This document shows positions 56,853 through 64,000 of a stretch of 64,000 nucleotides of DNA, piece by piece. The notes below the pieces were generated by a model. It did not search any database and had not been told where the DNA came from. It worked only from the letters and a program-made list of their open reading frames with translations. The stretch comes from Eledone cirrhosa (lineage: Eukaryota): contig OZ024740.1 of NCBI GenBank assembly GCA_964016885.1, forward strand, positions 235,166,001 to 235,230,000. Direction: 5' to 3'. The first letter of the stretch is position 1. Each line of letters begins with the position of its first letter. The translations under genes and the position numbers were made by a program.

Positions 56853-57058
56853 CCCTTTCGTTGCCACATTTCTCATGAAAGAAACTTCTTATGATATTCG
56901 ATTAATCAAATTGGGGGAGGGGGTAGTAATATAATGGTGTTTGGAATATAACTTAACAAAGGTTCTTACATAAAATTATGGTGGAAGCTTTTCAGATAAA
57001 CACTTTCAAAGAAACGGTTTTGTATTGTTGAAGCAGAGGCGGTTTAGTATGAAGAGGG
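56853..57058 (+). mobile_element. piggyBac-like MITE, family 2
   Basis: CCCTTTCGTT left end; internal GGTGTTTGGAATATAACTTA..GGTTCTTACATAAAATTA shared in inverted orientation with 58121-58424 and ~15340-15483. Confidence 0.7.
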
Positions 57059-57584
57059 ACGGTAGAGCGACGATTATCTTTTCTACTGGCAATAATAAGT
57101 AATGTGGAACGATCGGGAGTTCTTCGGCTAATCAAACAAGTAATCCTAAAAGGTGCAAGACCAAGCTAGTATTAGGAAAAATTAGCATTGTTATGAAATA
57201 ATTTTATAGGAAAATACTAATCTTTTACGAAGGACCCATCTATATTGTAGGGTCTTTTTGATGGGGAAACACACAAGCACCTTAGACGTCAAATAAATAG
57301 ATGTGATTATAAATAATTAAACCAACGTAGAGACTTCTAGACAACACCCAGTGTTTGTGGGAAAAGGTGAACTACACTAGGAGTTTTCTAAAGGGAAAAG
57401 GGAGGTCATTTCAACGAGAAAATTAACAAGGATTAAGAATAAAGAAACAAATATTTAAAAAACGGCATTATATATCAGATATTCAAGTAGAGGCTGTGGT
57501 GTTTAATACCAGAAGCCGACAGAATATAAATGAATAGAATATCGAGAGAGTCAGGGGGATGGTGCGATGTGAGGAAATGCTTAC

Positions 57585-57647
57585 TTGTGAAGGTTTGGCC
57601 GCCGTGACATTGAAACATCTTCGAAATATATTATTGACATTGGAGAG
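57585..57647 (-). CDS. PDHB: PDHB exon 2 (transit peptide)
   Basis: tttcag|LSNVNNIFRRCFNVTAAKPSQ|gtaagc; 63 nt; RRxF..T presequence-like motif. Confidence 0.88.
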
Positions 57648-57764
57648 CTGAAAAATGAGAATATATATATGTTTAAGTGGGGTATTACACAAGACTAGAG
57701 GTAACTGCTTCTGGGTCTAAAGACGAATAAAGGGATTGTTATAAACAATAAAGAAAACACCAAC

Positions 57765-57800
57765 CTGAAGGATTTGCCGTCCTACTTTCACTGCTGCCAT
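57765..57800 (-). CDS. PDHB: PDHB exon 1 coding part
   Basis: AAAATGG start context; MAAVKVGRQILQ|gttggt; phase 0 joins exon 2. Confidence 0.85.
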
Positions 57801-57900
57801 TTTAACGTTCCTGCAGACGAGAGATATGACGGTGTAAATTCAATAAATATTCCGCCCAACGAGTAGTCCGTTCCACCCACTTAAAGCGGTTTTTCAAAAT
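57791..57900 (-). promoter_or_regulatory. Probable PDHB core promoter / 5' UTR
   Basis: Local CpG enrichment, GC box GGGCGG at 57852-57857, YY1-like AAAATGGC over the start codon. Confidence 0.4.
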
Positions 57901-58120
57901 AGTTTATTTTTCATCATCGTTATATTTTATTATTATCCCATGAAAGCCCTTAAATATTTATAAACTTTAAATTTATTGTTCGTTGAAACATGTTTCTTTC
58001 TTTTATATATAAGTTAACTTAATTAGAAAAACACGTCAAGGTTCACTGGCGGACACATTTATTACGTAACACAACGGTATATAAAATAAATTCTATGTAT
58101 ATATTACTACAAATTTAAAA

Positions 58121-58424
58121 CCTGTTGATACGAAACCGCCATAATTCTATGATATTGAGCTATATATATTAAGGTGTTTATATTTATCTAAAAGCCTTCC
58201 AAGGTAATTTTATGTAAGAACCTTTAAGTTATGTTCCAAACACCAGATTAATACCGAGAAAGTTAATTATATTGCTAAATCCCTTAAATTTTTCTTCAAA
58301 ACCATTTTGCTAAATCCCTTAAACTTTTCTTCAAAACCATTTTGCTAAATCCCTTAAATTTTTCTTCAAAACGATTTGAAAATCGTAGGCAGTGTCTTTC
58401 ATTGCAACTATATTGACGAATGGA
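58121..58424 (-). mobile_element. piggyBac-like MITE, family 2, carrying an internal 35-bp x3 tandem repeat (58271-58375)
   Basis: Inverted homology to 56853-57058; right end followed by TTAA; repeat ATTTTGCTAAATCCCTTAAAYTTTTCTTCAAAACC. Confidence 0.7.
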
Positions 58425-59269
58425 TTAAATTATAAGCCTCGCTGTAAAATCATAAACAAATGTACACACGAACATCAGATAAACAGTACCACTATCTTTC
58501 TGGCCATAAAGAGAACCTATAGCATAGTTATTTATATCAACCACAAACCCGAACTTAACTGAAAGACCAAAAGAAAAGCATATCTATGGGCTAGAAATTG
58601 AAATGTATTGGTGTGTGACTTCACGCCAATCTGTTAGCCTTTATTTATTTATTTATTAGGATGCGATCTTGGCTGTCTGTGTGTGTGTGTAGTAGCTGCC
58701 CCATCTTGTAGAAAAATGGAACCTAAACCTCCCCATCTCCATTATGTATACACGTTTACCCCCAACCCCTGCCTTCCACACACCCTGATTCACCTCTCCT
58801 ATCCATCCCACGCAAACAAGCAGAGAAAGCTGGACAAGCTGCACACGTAATCTCCTAGTCATGCTGCCACGACAGAAAGCACTTAGTCTAGCCTTTAAGG
58901 TTGTCGACTGGTGACAACAAAAAAGCACCCAGTCCATGCTGTAATGGGGTTGGCTTTATGAAGGGCATCCAGAAATAGTTCCCTATGAGCAAGACAGGGT
59001 CACTTAACCTGACTTGTCTCATAATGTGACAACCCATCTAACCTATACAAGCATGGAAAATAAACGTTAAACAATAGATCCAATCAGAGAATAATTAACG
59101 AGCTCGAAGACCGGAATATTTTAAAGCGCGATCTCTCTTTCAGGTATCACCGAATATGACCGCAACTCACTTGACCTTGATGCGTTCAGTCAGTTTGTTT
59201 TGACATTGAATGAATGATAACTCTTCTACAGCTACTCCACATCCCATCTCTTTACCTTTTGTTTCTACA

Positions 59270-60172
59270 GGTGGTTTAATGGTTACAGTGTTTGTCTCAC
59301 AGTTACGGGTTCGATTTCCGGGGGTGCGTTGTGTTCATAAGCAAAATACGGTATTATAGAGCACCCTCATTGACTTCAGTTGGAAATAATTATTTTTCCT
59401 CTGCTTTTTCGCGTGTTATCAATTAAACTTACCTCCGAATATGCTGCCAAGGACCTTTCCCCGAAAAACGAATGCCGGGGGGGGGGGGGGGGGGGCTTGG
59501 ACATTTTGCTCCCTTTTCCAGAGTTTTCTTTACTATTTTTCCCCTCTTTATTTTCATGTGCTACCAACTAATCTTGTCTCCGAACATACTGCAAATGAGG
59601 GAGGGGACTTCGGACTTTTCAATCCCATCCATCGTGATTAGGGTTAAGTTTGGGGAGATAAAGAAAATTCCGGGAGAAGAGGCATCTGCGAGCCCCCACC
59701 CACCCTCTCGTTTTTCGGGGAAAAGTCCTTTGCAGCATGTACGGGGGTGAGATTAGTTAGTAGCAGTCGAAAAATCCGAGGAAAAAATGGTAAAAAAAAC
59801 TCTGGGGGAACGAGCGAAAAGACCAAAGGTATCCACTCTTCCCCTCTATTTTAATTTGCAGCATATTCGGGGTTGTGTAATAGCACACGGAAAAAATACG
59901 TGAAAAGTAATTTCCCACCGAAATCGATTTATAAATTTACCCAAAATACTTTATTTTATGTTGTTTTAGTCTACTCATCTGGCAAAAAATGAGTTGTACC
60001 TGAAATACAAAGAACCAAATTTATCACTTACTGTATTGCGTTGAATCTCCCTGTGAACTACGCTAAGGGTGTATGTGCCTGTGGAATGCTCAGCCACTTA
60101 AACGTTCATTTTCATGGGCAGGCTGGTTTGTTGTTTGAATAACTGGAACACTCGTTGTCGGAACCGACGTTA
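59270..60172 (+). mobile_element. tRNA-derived SINE (second family) split by a MITE insertion
   Basis: A box GTGGTTTAATGG and B box GGTTCGATTTC at 59271-59318; body resumes after the duplicated CAAAATAC at 59942. Confidence 0.65.
59350..59941. mobile_element. Merlin-like non-autonomous DNA transposon (592 bp) with modular internal inverted repeats
   Basis: 8-bp TSD CAAAATAC at 59342-59349 and 59942-59949; GGTA...TACC termini; degenerate long TIRs; motif CCGAAYATRCTGCAAA twice on each strand. Confidence 0.75.
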
Positions 60173-60829
60173 GTCCAATATGCACACACTCGACATATGC
60201 TTGAGAACCAACAAACGAAAGTAGCAATCAGCAAAATCTTGTATACATTTAATGTTATTTCCAATAGCCTTGCTCTTTCCCTTCTTTTCTTCACATTTAT
60301 GGCATTTATAGTCCTTTCCTCTACAGCCAGATCTCCCTCTTTACTCTTTCCCCCTCGTTTTTTCATTACTTAATTTTGTTTTTAGCTTTTCTTTTAATAT
60401 TTCCATCATTATATAACTTTTTTTAGTCGATATAGAAATAAAGGACTGAAAAGTAAAGTTTATTAACAACATTTTACTGAATTTTACTATTCATTTTAAT
60501 AAGTTTTAAATAACATTACAAATTGCTCGTAATTCTTTGAGAAGGAAAGTCATCATCATTTTACGCCCATTCTTCCACGCTAGCATGGGTTAGACGAGTT
60601 GTCCTGTTGTAACCATGTTAGGTTAGGTGACCATGCCTTTCTTATGCAGAACTGATTTTGGTTTCTACAGCTGGATGCCCTTACTAACGCCAACCTCATA
60701 TACCGAGAGTACTGGGTTCTTTTTGTCGTGACGCCTACACGACCACTTTACAGTGTGGACTGGGTGCTTTTTGTCGTAATACTTACACGACCACAATACA
60801 GTGGGAGGATGATGTGGGGCATACTGTAT

Positions 60830-61215
60830 ATATGCTTCAGCTTCGGCCTGTGCCCGAGGGAAGTCAGGTCTTCTGTATTACTGCATGATGCCAGAGATCT
60901 CGGCCATGTGTCATCGCCTTTGAAAGGTGCAATTGAGCAAGGTCAACTTTTATCACCTCATCCTAAGTCTTCCCACTCCATGGCTTCCATCGACTTTGAG
61001 CGCTCTGCACCTTTTTATGCAGCCGTCATCCTTCATATGCATCGCATGTCCATACCAACATAATCTCCATTGCACACAACATTTGGGCATACGTCAAAAC
61101 GGCCGGTCTCAAAAGTGAAACTAATTTTTGACAGTTTCGTACACGTTATAAGAGTTATTTAAATTTATATATATAAAATAAAGGAGCAAATAAGAGCATG
61201 ATATGAAGTCAGTCA

Positions 61216-61246
<31 letters not shown>

Positions 61247-61885
61247 AAACGAATGTAAAAGTACACACGCATATACACTTATATATGCACACATACACAC
61301 TATAATATATACACGTGTGTGTGTAAAATTCTAGGAAACCTTATCTATGCCCTACATATATTCTTTTACATTCGTTTACACACACACACACATGACTGAC
61401 TTCATATCATGCTCTTATTTGCTCCTTTATTTTATATATATAAGTTTAAATAACTCTTATAACGTGTACGTAACTGTCAAAAATTAGTTTCACTTTTGAG
61501 ACCGGCCGTTTTGACGTATGCCCAACATTTGATTCCTCTTATGCCGAGTTTCTTAATTTCTCTCTCAGTTCGTTTATGCTTTGCCGTTCATGTATTATTA
61601 CTATTACACATTGAACGGAGCATGCAAACTTCATTTCTTTCCAGCCTCCGTAAGTCTTCTGCACACAGCGCCCAAGTCTCACTGCCATGCAACATTGATG
61701 TTCGAATGCATGCAGTCTGCCTTTCATTTTGAAGGAAAAGCCTTTTGTAGCTAGCAGTTGTAGTAGCTCCTGAATTTATTCCATCCTGTTCTTACTCTGG
61801 CTATTGTACTTTCAGAACACCCGCCTCCGCTGCTAATTCGGTCATCCAGGTAGCAGAAGCTGTCTACTGTTTCTACCGAGCCCTC
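60830..61885 (-). mobile_element. RTE LINE 3' fragment (RT C-terminal part), interrupted by a MITE
   Basis: VETVDSFCYLDDRISSGGGCSESTIARVRTGWNKFR, MLHGSETWAL, LERNEVCMLR, RGIKCCVQWRLCWYGHAM, DLWHHAV. Confidence 0.87.
61086..61522. mobile_element. Young MITE (437 bp) with ~160-175-bp near-perfect TIRs and 9-bp TSD (Mutator- or Merlin-like)
   Basis: CAACATTTG at 61077-61085 and 61523-61531; GGCATACGTCAAAACGGCCGGTCTC...GAGACCGGCCGTTTTGACGTATGCC; removing it restores RTE peptide RGIKCCVQ. Confidence 0.93.
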
Positions 61886-61889
61886 CCAA

Positions 61890-62145
61890 AATATAAACAC
61901 ATATAACATATACAATTAACTATTGCTAGGAACCTCACAAATACAACACACGAAAATATATGACCAGAGCGAGGGAAAGAAAGAAGAAGGGGCGGGGGAT
62001 AAAAACAAAAACGACTATCAATTCACCACCAAGTGCGACAAGCGGCCGCACATCACAAGGGTCAACGGAATATTTGAGGCAAGCCAATACGCTCGCAGCA
62101 TTACCACGGGGTGACAGCGAGGCTATGGGGCTGAAAACAAAATCT
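61890..62145 (-). mobile_element. Possible heavily 5'-truncated second CRE-like element (C-terminal motif plus 3' UTR)
   Basis: With one frameshift the - strand reads FQPHSLAVT-RGNAASVLAC, matching FQRVSLAVLRGNAFSILS of the adjacent CRE ORF. Confidence 0.5.
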
Positions 62146-62427
62146 ATAGACACCAAACCAGACTTTTTTTCCTGGAGAGCGCCATAAAATAGATTCCAAG
62201 GTTTAACTGGTACATTATTTTGGGATGTTTCGCTTTGGGTGTATAAAATCGCAGACAAGGAAATGACTGTCTGTATCAGTACATGAAACAATTCTTTATA
62301 TTACATTTACATGCATAGATCCGTAACTCCCTTGGGAGTCGTTGGGGCGCTGTATTGACATACGGCACTTCTAGGGCATTTTAAAACCTAGCGGAGCCCA
62401 TTTAGCAGAAAAAGAATATGTTATTAA

Positions 62428-64000
62428 ATTTTTTTTTAATTTTTTTAAACACTTTAGTCTTTATTGTGTTGTATCAGATGAAAGAATGGTATTTAACTAA
62501 TGTATTGGTACGCTATGGGGCCCACCCACAGCCCCGGCGGACAGAATGGAGAAGGCGTTTCCCCGGAGGACGGCAAGGGAGACGCGCTGGAAAAGCCACT
62601 CCAACTCGCGGGGCTCACACCTGCGGCTGGCCAGCTCAGCGCCTATGGTGGTGAGTAAGGAGGTAGCCCTGGGGCCGAGGACACCAGAAGTCTCCACTGC
62701 CAGGGGAACGACCGCAAACCTGTCGGAGAGCGACCGGTATTTGGGGAGTTTGGCCCCCTTAGCCCGACGTGCAGCAGAACCTGGGTCAGTCGCAGACTGC
62801 ACCAGGTTGTGGCTGCAGAAAGTGTCTGTGCAAGTGGCATCCCAGACGAGGGGTTTGCCACCGCAGAACGGGAAGATGGTCATGCCATCTGGCCTTTTGC
62901 CGTCCCCTCGATCCAGCCCCACCGAGTCGAGCTGGGAAGGGAAGCCTGCAGCGTCCAAGCCATACTTAATGACATCATTGAGGGCAGCATGGCGTGGAAT
63001 GCGGCCGGCACTGTGGCGACAGGAAAGTAGGTGGAGGCCGAAAGAGTCCACGGTGGAACCGCAGCGACATTGGTGTGGCTGGCAGATCCGGAGGCCGAGC
63101 CTCAGGGAAACGCCGATTCGCAGTATATGGTTGTCTAGCTGCGTGCCAGTGGAGAAGGAGGGCAGGGCATGGAGCCAGGCACCACTGTGGGGTTTGGAGG
63201 CTGCACGAAAACAAGCAAGGCGGTGCTGGTCGAGCTGGCGCGTGAGCCTGTCTAAGTCCAGGCTGCACTGGATGGCATCCCAAGTGCGTTCGGGGGACTT
63301 GACGTCAACAGGGGGAAAAGGAGGAGGGACGTCTACTGGGCTAAGTCCCAGCCGGTCCCACGTCTCACAGGCGGCCTCACGTTCTCTGAACACAGAGGGT
63401 TCTGTTGTGTTTTGAAGAATCCTGCTGACGAGGACGCGGCACGAAGTTACCGACGAAAGATACACCGGCAAAGCTAGTGAGATCGGGGACCGAAGGCCAA
63501 GGCCGCCATACCTGACCGGTAAAGTGGCCTGTTGCTACCCTATGTCGTCAAACTTGACGTTGCATATCCCCTCAGCTGCTGCTCGGATACAAGTATCGAG
63601 GTCAGCGAGGAGAGATGTCTGGGTGTAGCATGGAGCGCTGCGGAGTGTATAGAGGAGCTTCGGCATGGCGAAGCAGTTCCTCAGCAGAAAGAGAGCTGGG
63701 TGGCCGTCAATCAAGCCTAGTCGGCTCGTGAGAGTCTGGAGCTGTTGAAGCCTAGACCTGATGGTGGAGCGGATGGCCGGCGGGTGGATTGGTGACCCGA
63801 GGATGAGGACATCCTCTTTGGGGGTCACCTGAACCTGGCGGAGAATGGACCGTACGTCCAAGACGGAGGCTGCAAGGCTCGCAGCATCGAGGCTGACGTT
63901 CACCACCTCTGACTTGGCCGAGTTGACCTGGAGGCCGATTCCCGCCAAGGCAGGAATCACCGATTGAAGGTCTTGGCAGACCGTCCGAACGGGCCCGCCC
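62428..64000 (-). mobile_element. CRE-clade non-LTR retrotransposon, 3' half: RT end, CCHC knuckle, restriction-like endonuclease; one in-frame TAG at 63535-63537; continues past the window edge
   Basis: Single frame from 64000 to the stop at 62497: IGLQVNSAKSE, ILGSPI, LLRNCFAMPKLLYTLRSAP, QATLPVRYGGLG, HSGAWLHALP, CRCG..VDSFGLHLLSC, RHAALND, KRPDG..LVWDATC, PLAVETSG, FQRVSLAVLRGNA; AATAAA at 62460-62465 then A-rich tail; GC roughly 60% by eye. Confidence 0.9.

Noticed and set aside
62546-63415. 289-aa + strand ORF and other overlapping ORFs
   Set aside because: Antisense shadow ORFs of the GC-rich CRE coding sequence; no recognisable motifs
62428-64000. GC-rich end as bacterial contamination
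   Set aside because: Encodes eukaryotic non-LTR RT/RLE motifs and ends in a polyA signal and A-rich tail joined to host-like repeats

Overview
AT-rich, intron- and repeat-rich animal genomic DNA. The SINE, MITE and RTE families look like Octopus or another coleoid cephalopod; this is my recognition, not a database result. There are two host genes in convergent orientation. On + are the last two coding exons of a LEMD3/MAN1-like inner nuclear membrane gene (C-terminal RRM/UHM domain, 9370-9448 and 10702-10859). On - is a complete 12-exon PDHB gene (pyruvate dehydrogenase E1 beta, 57800 to 21956, 361 aa, all introns GT-AG). About 40% of the window is intronic tandem repeat: a 33-bp array, a 29-41-bp CAC-variable array, a 5x255-bp CT-rich duplication, and a ~15-kb indel-free 40-bp array. 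Mobile elements include a decayed near-full-length CR1-type LINE, a Gypsy integrase relic, RTE fragments, many tRNA-derived SINEs, several MITEs (Merlin/Mutator-, piggyBac- and mariner-like), and a GC-rich CRE-clade RT+RLE retrotransposon cut by the right edge of the window. Most ORF-track ORFs, including the 1511-aa one, are repeat artefacts. I found no clearly new gene system. The best leads are the CRE element with an amber codon at a conserved Trp, the variant-coded 40-bp array and its splice-like motifs, and the multiplied branch-point/polypyrimidine unit in the last LEMD3 intron.
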